Source: Asterionella formosa (lineage: Eukaryota). Taken from it: a DNA stretch of 64,000 bases. Made by a program: the position numbers and the translations under genes. The stretch lies in NCBI GenBank assembly GCA_002256025.1, contig NKIB01013019.1, positions 1-64,000 on the forward strand. The letters run 5' to 3'. Every line of letters begins with the position of its first letter. Position 1 is the first letter of the stretch. Positions 48,736 through 60,668 of the stretch are shown in pieces. The notes below the pieces were generated by a model. The model was not told where the DNA came from. It worked only from the letters and a program-made list of their open reading frames with translations, and made no database searches.

Positions 48736-51700
48736 TACCGGAAAAAGGAACCAATACTTTCGGCATCATCAATCTATATACAAGCCTGCGCCACCTGACG
48801 TCAATATAGCTACCTCGACTTCATCAATGAAGAAAGTATGATGGGCGGAGCATGTGAGAAAAAATCGGGGTTGAGGTGAGGAGCCGTTGTCTTGACACCA
48901 ACGTGCTTGGCTGAAGTTGCAGATGAAGGCATTGAGTAACCTGGGCCTGTGCAGCCAAAGGATAAAGAAAAATCTATGACAAGGGTGGTGAGATAGTGTT
49001 TAGGAGGGGGGAGCAAAAGTTATCATAGCTGAACGATTCGAAAATTCGCATAGACAATATATGGTGGCATACCATGGCTGCTCTTGGCTGACAGTTGCCA
49101 AGTCAATGTACAAACACAACAAGGGTGAACAAAAGACGATCCCATTTTAATCGACTGGCTGATACATAGTTTTGAGACTCACCATTCTGCAATGGGGTGG
49201 ACTTTGAACATTGCTTCGTTGGAAGCACAATCAATTCGAATGCTGTCCAGTGAAGCAATGAAAACAATTGTGGCGAAAAAGTGCAGAGCAGATCAAGAGA
49301 TTTCATAGGAATTAAAATAACAACAGCAGGGCATATATGATGCACTGCTCCTTGTGTATATTTGATCATTTCCATATTCATATAAAGGTGCATGGATGAC
49401 TCCTCCCGCCCTTTTATTAGATATGCAGCCATGTTGCGATAATTCTACAGGACCTATAGGATTGGTAGTCTGGTGGTCATCATTTCCGCATTGTATATAC
49501 CAGTAGGAGTCATGTATGCATGCATGCAGCGATAATTCTAACAAGACATAAAATTTGGTAGCTTGGGGGTAATCACTTCCGTAATGTATACAGGGGCTGG
49601 GTTGCATGCATGAACAACTACTTCGGTATAAAGTATGATCTTTAATCAATAAGTTTTAATCCGTTCATCCTGTACCTATGATCATATGATGACTTGATGA
49701 GAAAATGAAAGATCAAAATTTATTTTCAGGAATTAGGATCAATTGATCTTGAAAATGTGATCAAATGATCCTAAACACATGAGGATATTCAGTTTTCCGA
49801 CGCACTATTGTGGTACTCCCATGAGAGAAGTAATAACCAGCAAGTATACAGTACTACCATGGTCAATATGTCTATATTTATTAATTTATGAGTTTGACCA
49901 TTTGAAAAATTGGTGATGACTCCTGTCATTGGGGGCTTAATGCATTAAATCAGCAACTGAGGACTTGTAGGTACAAGAATTGACACAAGACAAATTGAAA
50001 AATTCAACAGGTCGTGGAAAGCTATGAACTCATCATGCATTGTATATATTTGAATTATGTATAATCAAAATTGATGTTAGTACACCCAGGATGTGCCATG
50101 TAATGACTGTGTTTAAAACTATGCAAATGTTCAACTATTTATACATTTAAACTTACAAATCTGTATATATAGTATGTATACATGGCTGAAACATTTGAAA
50201 TCATGTTTTCATGTTCCTTGTCATCCATACACTTCTTTGCTCCTGAAATGAAGGATCATCACACATGATGATGCAGAAAACAAAAGTGATAATACAGCAC
50301 AATGATACTTGTGGCTTAGAAGGAGTGACTACGGAGAAGGGCGGAATCAATTGATGGTAAGTCAAGAGCAAATGCTTTTCATGTTTTTGTCATGCATACA
50401 GTTCCTGAAAGGAAGGATCTCAATCAACACATGATTCGAAAAACTGAAGTGACAATACAACACGATGATACCAATACCGCACAATAAGAAGGAGTGAATA
50501 TGATGGAGAAGGGCGGAATCAACATGCTGTGCATGGTACCACGTCAAGAGCAGCAAATGCCAGGATGATCAATTGTTGGGATTACAAATACGGAATGACT
50601 CCTCCCCTTTTCAGTGATTTAATAGCTCCTTTTGGATTTGTTACCCAACCATCAATGTGGAAAAAAGAAATCGGTAAGTGCTACCATCTTTGGATCAATC
50701 CACAACTGCAAGAAAAACTGACACATGTGTGTTTCTTCTTTCAGGATAATGGTAGACAAACAGTATTTGTAAGTTACAAAGAGCAGTATTGGAGCCCATT
50801 TATTGATCGATACTTTCTCATTCAATCTTCAACTGACACATTCTTTTACAGAAAAATGCTTCAGTTACTTCCTCAATTTGTGGTAAGTGAAGATAGAAGC
50901 GAAATGCATGGGGTTTTGTAAGCAAAACATGTACAGCTAACAATGAATTGCTTCTCTTTGTTAGTATGGCTGGTTGGAACAAAGAAACGGAATAAATAGT
51001 AATGGGAAAATGCGTGACTGCAAACTCAGATCCACCAGGAGTAAAAGGAATGCAGGGGAACAAGGGCAAGGCAACCAGTAGAACAACCTTCAGAATTGGA
51101 TTAGGAGGAAGGTGGAAGTGAAAGCGGCACCGACAATCATTGCGATGAGAGCATTGTAGAACATTCCGTAGCCACTCAAGATATAGAAACATAGAACCAT
51201 TCTTAGCTAAATATAGTTCTAAATATCGTTCAATTTCATTTTTTTTAGACAGTGAGCGATATCGATGAGAATTACAATAATGTTAAGATAGATGTATGAG
51301 AAAAGTATACACATCATAGGCCCATGTTTAACTAATTATACGATGCAATGGTATCATAACTATAATAGCATCATCATACTTCAAGTTTGGTAAAAAATTA
51401 ATAAATCATCATAGTTACAGGATACCTTGATCATAGTTTTGATCAAAAAATTATCATAAATATGAAAATCCTGTGCCACTTAGTGTATGATACCTTCGAT
51501 CATATATGCATGATACTTTTTATTTGCAGATGTTATTGGCTTGGAAACATGACATAAGAGTCTCGGCATCAAAAAATGAGAGCTTTGACAACATTGAAAT
51601 GTCCTGCACGATCAAAGATCGGCTTGTGCCTCGTTCAATTGCACAACGTTAATCAGGGTATTTTTTGTCTCAATGACAATGTGAGTAATCAATGACACCC

Positions 51701-52129
51701 TGTGTCTTATGGTCCTTTGACCTGTCACTCAAAAGTTGGATGATCTGTTGTAAAGACAGTGAGATACAGTGACTGTTTGTAGTGATTGTGACCGGAGCAA
51801 CTTCCGGCACTTGTTGCTCACAATGGCACAATCGCCGTTATCGCTCGATTCTTTTCAACTTTCCTTCGTTGGTGTGCTGTGGGTTTGCTAAACTGTGAAG
51901 ATCTAACTCATCTAGAATAGAAAAAATGAAGAGGTTATTGACAATATCGAAGAGATTGAAGCGACGATGAAAGAAGGAAAGAGTCAAAAAAATTATAAAG
52001 TGTTATCAACGATGCAATATCAAGTTCTGAGGAAATTCGGGAAGAAGAATTTCCATGGTGGCCTGTCAGAATTTCAATTGGTCTGACCTGCGTACATGCA
52101 TATTTATTTAATAGCATGAAGATATTAAA

Positions 52130-52610
52130 ATAATGATAACAAACCATGATAAAATGATTAGTAATTTTCGATTTTGTAAAACTGCTTGACACTTTTATTA
52201 GTTGCTCAGATAGTAGAATACACGTGTCGCTAGCAAGTAGTGAAAGTAACGAACACGTAGCATTGATATTCATTGCGAAATAGCTAAAATAGAAAATCGG
52301 CGGAAGCAACATGGCGCTCGACCACAATGACAATATCTCCATGATTTCTTGCCGGTTGAAAACCCGAGTAGTTTGTACATAACCGTCATACATCAAGTAG
52401 ACATCCACTACAACATCAGTAGCTGAAAACAACAATTGGTTTATAATTTTTGATTTATCTGTTTGCAATAGGCGCATCATCATGGTCATGATGTTGCCAC
52501 TACTACCAGTACCAAACCGGAAAACATCATGTTCCAAGAACATGCATGCTTGTAGAACACATAGCTAACAACAATATACTGGTGCTGACATAAAGTCAAT
52601 GGTACTATCA
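52130..52610 (-). repeat. Dispersed repeat, inverted copy of 11505-11840
   Basis: Reverse-complement similarity, also visible as matching ORF text (YLMYDGYVQTTR...MEILSLWSSA). Confidence 0.85.
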
Positions 52611-53433
52611 GTTCATTATATATTCACGATACCAGGATGTGGTGGTACCACCTAAAAACTGAGAGTCATCCTTAAACAGGGTAATCATACGTTTTGGGAC
52701 GAATATTGGAGATATGTTGATTCTGTTTCAGACAGAGTTGTTCCTTGGCATGTATGGACGAGCAATGTTCATACTTTGTAAGTTGAGTTTTCGTGGCCAT
52801 TCTTGAGATGAATAGGTCGAAAGGTAGCTGTCGCAAAACTTTGGGTCAAATCAGATTACCCTATTGAGCCAGCAATGCATTTTTGACACTTAGATCGCAT
52901 TTCCGCTAATTTAATTATGATCGATTCTTTGTTAATTAGCTATACAGTGTCTTTTGTTTCTATATCTTTTGACTTCGATTGATCATCAATGTCACATGGA
53001 GTGCTGTTGCTCCGTCCTGTTCACCACGCATTGACTCAAGGCAGCGATCAGTTTACCAGTATGTACGCACTGATGGCAGAGTCTCACTGGTGTATAATTA
53101 AATATTTTACCGGCATTATCATTACAACCATTCAAAGAAATTAAAATTGTTGACTTTCTAACATGAAGCTATGTTATTATTAGTCCTCTGAGTAGAATAG
53201 ATAATTTGCTAGTATATTATACAACGAATTGCATTGTAGCTTGTATATTCGTTAAGATATAGTCGAATATGTAAAAATTGGAAAACTCACAATGGCGCTC
53301 GACACTATCGATGATTTTTCGATCCCTCTTTGTCGCATCAAGACGCGATGCTTTCGAACAGATGTGCCGTTCTATAATATAACATAATCTACTCGAGATT
53401 ACATTCAAAACCCGATCATTGATTCATAATTCA

Positions 53434-54563
53434 TTATTTAAGGTTCCTGCATTTGAACCCCTAGGCAAAAATGAAAAAAATATTGCTTAGTGTTGCCGAA
53501 ATTCCCTGGAACTAAGAACTTTTATGTGCTAATTTGAATATCAATGATTCAGTTTGAAATATTCAAATGAGTGGAAATTTGCGCGTACATGTATAGATTC
53601 CATTTCAAATGCATTAAATATGTATAAAAATAGATTCTACATCGCTGAATGTTTTAAATTGCTTTTCTACGGTATCAACAAATATGTTTCACATTCACGA
53701 CCCGTCGGCTCCGAATAATATTTGAAAGTGCATACTAACGGTAGTAACGTACTGGTAAGCGTGCACTACCTCGTACTATGACTAATGATGATCAGCTACC
53801 TGGTACCGGTAGGTCTACCCGGTACTCGGTATTCCTACTCCGTATGGATACCGGTATACGGGTAGGATCGGCCAACACCCAAGAAAATGCTTCATGTGTA
53901 TCCACTGTGGCCGGCGTGGGATTGCAAGACCTCGCAAACCGTGCCAATCGAACGGATGTAAGGATAACCAATCAGAATATGATTATTACAGCGGGCAATT
54001 ACATTGGCACTTTTTGTACACGAGATTTTACGAGCACAAATTTTAGCACAAGACTACCATTCCGATGATGACGTTTCGGCGATTAGTGATTCTGATTCCG
54101 ACGTTTTGGTGACCGTTGAAAAGGCCGATATCGTCGAATTTTTGGACGACGATAGCTCAACGTTGGCAGGGTTTGAAGAAGAGTTAAGTACATAGGTAAT
54201 CTTCATATAGCCCCAGAAGTTACCTTTCGGCGAGAAACTGCAGAAAGGAACTTCGGTTTTTTTACTAGGCCAAATAAACGAGTTAGCCCGGTAAAATCCA
54301 CTATTTTCAGCATAGTTAAAAAACCGAAGTTCCTTTCTGCAGTTTCTCGCCAGATCCTATATCCTGACGATATATAGCGTTGACCTATACCCCTACTTTG
54401 ATACATGACTGTATTTTAGCATGTTGAAAGGGTGTGTATTGGTGAAAGCTCCGTTTAGCGATATACATTTACGTTTTACTCGTAAGAAGTCAATGTTTGA
54501 CTACTCTGACTTAATACTATTTTTTTAACCCTACCTCGAGCTAAATGCAGGAACCTTAAATAA
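53434..54563. mobile_element. Nested MITE-like element with 21-bp inverted ends
   Basis: TTATTTAAGGTTCCTGCATTT (53434-53454) and AAATGCAGGAACCTTAAATAA (54543-54563) are exact reverse complements. Confidence 0.65.
54229..54351. repeat. Perfect 34-bp inverted repeat with a 55-nt spacer
   Basis: GGCGAGAAACTGCAGAAAGGAACTTCGGTTTTTT (54229-54262) and its reverse complement at 54318-54351. Confidence 0.95.
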
Positions 54564-57500
54564 AATTGTCTTTCATCATTGTCATTGCTTTGTTGATCAG
54601 CAACATCGTCATGACGTTTACCCGGTACCAGTACCAGGTACCCTGGTACACAGCTTGGACTACATGTTATATGTATGAGGATTGTAAAAGAACAAGTGGT
54701 AGGCTGTCATGCAATAGACGTAATTGAATATTACTGAAACCGTCACTAAACTTAATAACTAAAGTTGCATTTGAGCCGAAACCAAATATTAAAAATGGAT
54801 TGTTGTCGAAACTAACTATTATTATGGGAAGAAAACATCGAAAGGGACAATATATAAAGGGTAGTAATCTGTAACAGACTTATAATTTTGTGGCATCAAA
54901 AAGCTTTTGTAGCAACAATAGGGTAATCGGGAAAAAATGGAAGATACAATTTCCTCATGTATGATAAACCAATAAACTGAGAGTCATCCTTATGAGGCAA
55001 AACGATGACATTAGAAACTTTTATATCTCAAGAAATATTGAGTTCAACCTAGTTAAAATCAGATCTAGTAGTACCTAAGAGGACAAGCTACAATAACCTT
55101 TGTACTTGCTTTAACATTACCATTCAATCGGACTAAAATAATTTGAGTTGTAACATGGGGTAAAATAAGGATGACTCTCAGTTTTTTGAATCGGTGGTTG
55201 ATGCTGGTATGTTTACAGGGGCGCATGTATGTACCGGTACTCTGTCATAGTCCTATGTATGATGCATACCGGTATGTACCACAACTGATTGCACTTCTGC
55301 ACATTCATACCAGTAGGGAAATTCATATAAGCTAGGAAATTTCTGGAGTAAGGAATCTTGACACTCAGAATTGTGATTGGGAAACCCCCGAATCCAAAAG
55401 CAACCACCGAATCTTGCTTAGCAAGGTTGGGAAACTGGTTTTTTTTCGGAAAATCATTCTTCGAAATTAGATTTTGATATTAATGAAATTAATTCGCCAG
55501 CGCGAAACCGTAAGAATGTTCTAAATGTCTAAGAAATATTACCGGGGAGTCGAATTTGAGTGCTTGCCGGCGCCGCGTTCTATTTTCGGCAAAATGACCA
55601 TAACTTGCAGGTACCTGCAAGTTGCGGTCATTTTGCTCAAATGAACAATTTAGATGGGATAAAGAGAAATTTATTTTTAGATCAAGCAAAATTACCGTAA
55701 CTTGCTGGATGTGTATGAATCATCCTTATATTTTTAAATCCTTGTTCAAGGCTCGCAAGAAAGAGCGAGCGATAGTTCGTCAGCATTCTCACGACGTTCA
55801 CAACAAATCAATGATAAAATGACTGCATGGCGCACAACAAACATTCTTGGCATCTCTTCTACTGTTTTTGCTATGTACCGGTATTTCTCACCGCGGTATA
55901 ATTATTACGATCCTTGCATTATGTACTGAGTACATGTCAAGCGATTTTCATTTCTTACACAAACAAAATCTGCACCTAGGGCCCAGTAGGTGAAATGGGC
56001 TTGTTGCAATCTAGGGTACCTGGTACGGGTACCTAATGCCAGCTACCACTACCCTGCGACCAGGTAGGTACCTGGTACCGGGTACCGGAAGGACATGTGC
56101 ACAGATGCTTCATTCTTTTTCTGGCTGAACAATTTTTTTTGCTATTTACTCGAGTACCGGTACACCTTATCTACTATCCTCGCGGTGATGCCTTTTACCT
56201 GGTAAACTTTGGTACCAGCAATAGAACCGGCATGTAAATTGGCACATCTACCGTTGCGACAATCATCGTTCCATGCACAACTTTTTGTTTCGTAATTATA
56301 ATAACCAGCAACAATGACTAATATTTTTTTTGTCTATTGGGATTTATGAAACTATCATCATTATGTCATTTCTAGGAGTTAAACGATGTTACCGACATGT
56401 CAGGTGTTCGGCCATGTACTGGGAGAGTGGTTCATTTCGGTTGCAGTAAAAATTCCTTGCATTTTTCACATAAGATGTTGCTAGACTCAGTGTGTATAGT
56501 ATATAATGGTGTTCAGGAAATCAAGATTGGTAACGCGGGAACACAGTGAGATCTCTTACTTTTGTTGGCAATTTGGCTGCTGGTAGGTCGGTGAAGTAAA
56601 TGGAACACCATCAGATAGATATCTATCAGCAATCTCGAAGAGGCAAACATTTACCGGTACATTGATTGCCTATAACTATTCCTTGAACCTTCCTAAGGTA
56701 GAGCTCCGACCAAATTACAAATGTACGGGTAGGAATACCTGATAAAGAACAACAAAATGACTACCGGTATAGTTACTAGGGACCAGGATTCCGGTCCAGG
56801 ACTGGTACCAGGTACTGGTAGAGCATGTCAATTTCATTGCACTCTTGCAATTCGATCATTGTACATATCATACTACAAGGTACAAGGTACCTGGTCCCGT
56901 GGTACAATGTTTCATACCGGTACGTGTACCCTCTTTCCTATATGTTTACTGCAGACATTAGCTGAGTTTTTAGTATGGCTGATACGGAATGGATGGCATA
57001 TTGGTGGTCAAGGTCAGAGTCATGGAGCATAATAGGTAATCTTTTCAATGATGACTCAGCGTCTTAAAAAATATTGTGGAGGCATTTGTCGTATCTACGG
57101 TGTCTTCGTGGTTTCTGTGCTTTGGTCAGTTTGCAATAGCGGATCGAAATGGAGGGCAGTTCCACCCAATCACTGATCAACCAGATGCCGCCTTTTCCAA
57201 AAGTGATCGAAGTAGAAATAAATACGGACACAATTACGTCGACTACAAGAAATCTCGAAATGGCAGTCGGTTTTGTCGTTTGACTCCGCACAGTCTCCCA
57301 CGACAATTGGGCATCGGTAGCGGTCCATGTCGCTGAAGGTACCGATATGTAACTTGCCATATTACCGGTACCGTCATAAAGTCACCAGAAGTGACAAAAT
57401 TCATTTTCACCGTCGGATGCCGCGTGGTCATAGGGTCATCGTTGGTTTCAACAACTTGTAGTCATCCGCTACTGGTATATTGGATACCGGTAATTATTGT

Positions 57501-57617
57501 TCAGAATGATAATATGTTCCCATTCTCTCTGATGTTGGCAAACAAGTGACGAACGAAATTACCGGTAGCATAAAGCACACAAAAGGATTCCATAAAAGAA
57601 ATTATCAAACATCCACA

Positions 57618-58616
57618 ATGGTCCTTTCCTCTCGTTCCCCTCGTATATTGAATTGTGAACGCCAGTACGTGCTGGACAGCATCAACTTTGCTCGACGCAA
57701 CACTCTCTTTACAGCGTCCATGGTGACATCCTTATTTCAACCAAGCTTTGAATCGACAGTCGGATCAACGACCTCTCACGTGGAACAAACGCTGACGAGC
57801 TTCCACCTTCCTTACGGAAACAAGAGGCTTTTACCTACGTCAAGCGGTGACATTGACTCAGTCATAAATTTCCTCAAGCAGAACCTGCTCAATCCATATC
57901 CATGTCCTCAATCAAACGACGCTGTTTTGGTTGAAGATTCTGCGTCGGAGTCATGCTCTGAGCCACAAAAGAAGAAGAGAAAGACCAAGCCTGACGATAC
58001 CAAGTTTAGACCATATCAAGCCGAGAAATGGCACGAAAAATACGAGGAGCTTGTTGACTACAAGAAGAAATATGGCAACGCGATGGTCCCTCACACCTTT
58101 CCAGACAATCCTCCACTCGCACGATGGGTCAAGCGGCAACGCCACCAGCGCGTCCTTCAAAAGCGTGGTGACCCTCGTTCGTCGTGTACACCGGAACGAA
58201 TAGCACTGCTCGACGCTCTTGGGTTCGTCTGGGACTCACACGAGATTTCTTGGATCCAAAGACTTGATGAGCTTCACGCGTACAAAAAAGAGCATGGCCA
58301 CTGCCTTGTTCCGTCTACTTACCCCAAGAATGCCCAGCTTGCTACTTGGGTAAAATGTCAACGAAGGCAGTACAAACTCTTTGCTGAGGGGAAGACATCC
58401 AATATTACTCAGGAGAGAATCGATCAACTCGTTGAGGTAGGATTCGAGTGGGAGCTTCGTGCACTTCCGAAGCCAATTACATCTGCTGTAGAAGCTGAAA
58501 ATTCAGCAATTGGTGATGAATCCTTCCTTTCTTTTCTTGAGGTATTTTCCGATCTCAGCGATTCGGATGATACTGAAGACAGCGACGAACCGTTACCTGC
58601 AAACTTTGGTTGGTAA
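57618..58616 (+). CDS. Helicase-associated (HA) domain protein with two HA repeats
   Basis: FRPYQAEKWHEKYEELVDYKKKYGNAMVP...LARWVKRQR...ERIALLDALGFVW and WIQRLDELHAYKKEHGHCLVP...LATWVKCQRRQY...ERIDQLVEVGFEW. NLS-like PQKKKRK. First ATG at 57618. Confidence 0.9.
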   Translation: MVLSSRSPRILNCERQYVLDSINFARRNTLFTASMVTSLFQPSFESTVGSTTSHVEQTLTSFHLPYGNKRLLPTSSGDIDSVINFLKQNLLNPYPCPQSNDAVLVEDSASESCSEPQKKKRKTKPDDTKFRPYQAEKWHEKYEELVDYKKKYGNAMVPHTFPDNPPLARWVKRQRHQRVLQKRGDPRSSCTPERIALLDALGFVWDSHEISWIQRLDELHAYKKEHGHCLVPSTYPKNAQLATWVKCQRRQYKLFAEGKTSNITQERIDQLVEVGFEWELRALPKPITSAVEAENSAIGDESFLSFLEVFSDLSDSDDTEDSDEPLPANFGW

Positions 58617-59046
58617 AAATTGTACCAATTACATATAATTCATCATGGCATCAACCCTTCGAACAAACTCAAACCTTTCCTTTAGCATACACAAACTACA
58701 GGTAGTCTCCTTAATTTAATTTCATTATAAAATTGTTATTTCATAAAAGCAATATCAATTGATTTATCAAAGAACATAAAATGCTGAATGAATCTTTCCT
58801 TTCTGGGTGTATTTTCCGATCTCAGCGAAACGAACCGATAAAAATTGTACTAATTATGACCCATGTACCACGCTAGATATACTATATCATTAGATGGTAT
58901 AAGTCCTATATAACGTTAACCTTATAGGCTCTTCTATGCAGACCATATGTATGTTTACTCTCACTGTAGAGAATTACACAATACAAACTGTGTATGTATA
59001 CCATGTCAACCATAAGTGAAAGGTCGTCATTAAACGAAAATAACAA

Positions 59047-59440
59047 TGACAAATCGACCAGAAGAACCTGACAGTTGGGCTGTCATTGACAATCTTGATA
59101 TAGAAGTGGAACAACAGAGCTTTTTGTTCATTGCAGCAGTTGCATTATCATTTTTGGAGTCCTATGAATGAAACTTGACGCCAGTACGAATTCCGAAATG
59201 GGAGCATCAACGAATTGACTGGAATGAGCATGTCACAAAGCTTCTTCATGAGAATATATTTCATCATGAATATCGCATGTCTCTTGAAACCTTCAATCAA
59301 CTACTGGAACTCCTTCAACCTTCCATCACAGTTAATGTTGTCAAATCAAATGCAAGTTCCGGTTTATACAGCTCAAATCAGTATATTTATCCCGAGTTAA
59401 TCCTTGTTGCCATTGGACTTTGCTGGCTTGCAAGTGGAAA
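59047..59440 (+). mobile_element. PIF/Harbinger transposase N-terminal fragment (pseudogene)
   Basis: RIDWNEHV..LLHE..F..EYRMSLETFNQLLELLQPSI...IYPELILVAIGLCWLASG matches the Harbinger YRMS/LRWLAGG region. Truncated before the DDE core. Confidence 0.7.
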
Positions 59441-60668
59441 CCTCATCATAGACAGAGTTGCTAGATTTTTGGCTGAATAGGAAATGTAGATAGTGATAGT
59501 AAGCCTTGTTGGATCCCCATCATCAGCATCCAAATTGCTTGCACAGCAACGAAATCTCCTTCCACATTCATCTTGGCTTTTTGCTATCTAAATAAAGTCT
59601 AAAATTATCGAATTTCAACAGAAGAGTAGATGCCATGGTGCTTCGCATATGCCTCTGGTATAGTAGCTAGAACAGTAGAATTTCCCCAATTCTCCTCCGA
59701 AATGGTCGCCATTTGTATCTGCCATGGTGGATTGTTGTTGCTTCATTGACAGCGATGATGATTACAAATTTTCACCATTTCTATTTAAGATAAAAACATA
59801 TTTCATCACGGTTTTGTTAATTTACATGGGATTTTACTATTGCCTATTTTTTAAATTTTGACGTATGCAATTCGATTTCTCAGAGCAGCCGATTTACGAA
59901 CTTTCTCAATCTAATGACTTGCTGGTAAGCGTTTCCTGTGTGTCACTTTTGATATTGGATTAGGGCACCCTGAAAGCGCTTACCAGCAAGTCTTTGGTTT
60001 CAGCGAGATCTCAGTCCGCTGCACCAAAAATGATACCCCTAATTTCTTGGAGCAGTCAAGTCAGAAGGAGAGATAGAGGATTAGTATACTAGTTTTCAGT
60101 CTGAATGTCAAAACTTGTTGTTAGTTGCGACATCTGAATTTTATTTGTACATGTCTCCATGTGTAGAAACCATTTCAACCAAGAGCAATATCACTTCTTA
60201 TGAACATAGTATGTTTTAAACTATGGAAAAGACAACGAAGATGACGTTTTGATCAACGGAAGTGGGCAATGCCAAAATCGCCATCATCCTGTCTCCTCAC
60301 CTAAGTAAATCTTTTCGTGGGTGTGCACATTTCAGGAGACAAGAAGAGCATTGGATTTACGGTACCAGGTACCAGGTACCAGGGGGTACCGATACTACAA
60401 AAGAGCCAGGCATGTGCGCGAACCCTACAAACGAGAGAGAGAACTAGATTCAGGAAATAAAGTATGGGCAATCTGGACGAGCGAAAGCGTCAAAGGCAAG
60501 TTGAAAGGACTCACTTTACATAAAGTAGATGAACGCAGCGAGGTCATATTGACAAGGCCTGATGATCCCACAAGGGATCATCTGTGATTGATTTTATGTG
60601 GGAACACAAGTACAGCAACACTCGGCTATCGAGCAAAAATCGAAGATTACACTGAAATAGTTTATGCT

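Larger units (their letters stand above)
41084..51483. mobile_element. ~5 kb composite repeat, copy 2, expanded by a Copia remnant and a 1.6-kb insert
   Basis: 41084-41600 matches 12085-12560. 45801-47140 and 48735-51483 match 12962-17128. Both copies share the same termini. Confidence 0.75.
52647..55198. mobile_element. Non-autonomous TIR element
   Basis: AAAAACTGAGAGTCATCCTTA (52654-52674) is inverted at 55166-55186, with outer ACCACC / GGTGGT. A third copy of the motif lies at 54974-54993. No transposase ORF. Confidence 0.65.

Noticed and set aside
51935..52543. 202-aa minus-strand ORF
   Set aside because: Overlaps a dispersed repeat whose other copy is broken, and the composition reflects AT-rich non-coding DNA
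11505..52610. Inverted repeat pair as the ends of a 41-kb giant transposon
   Set aside because: The copies are diverged, have ragged ends and show no TSD. They enclose ordinary host genes, so independent insertions are simpler
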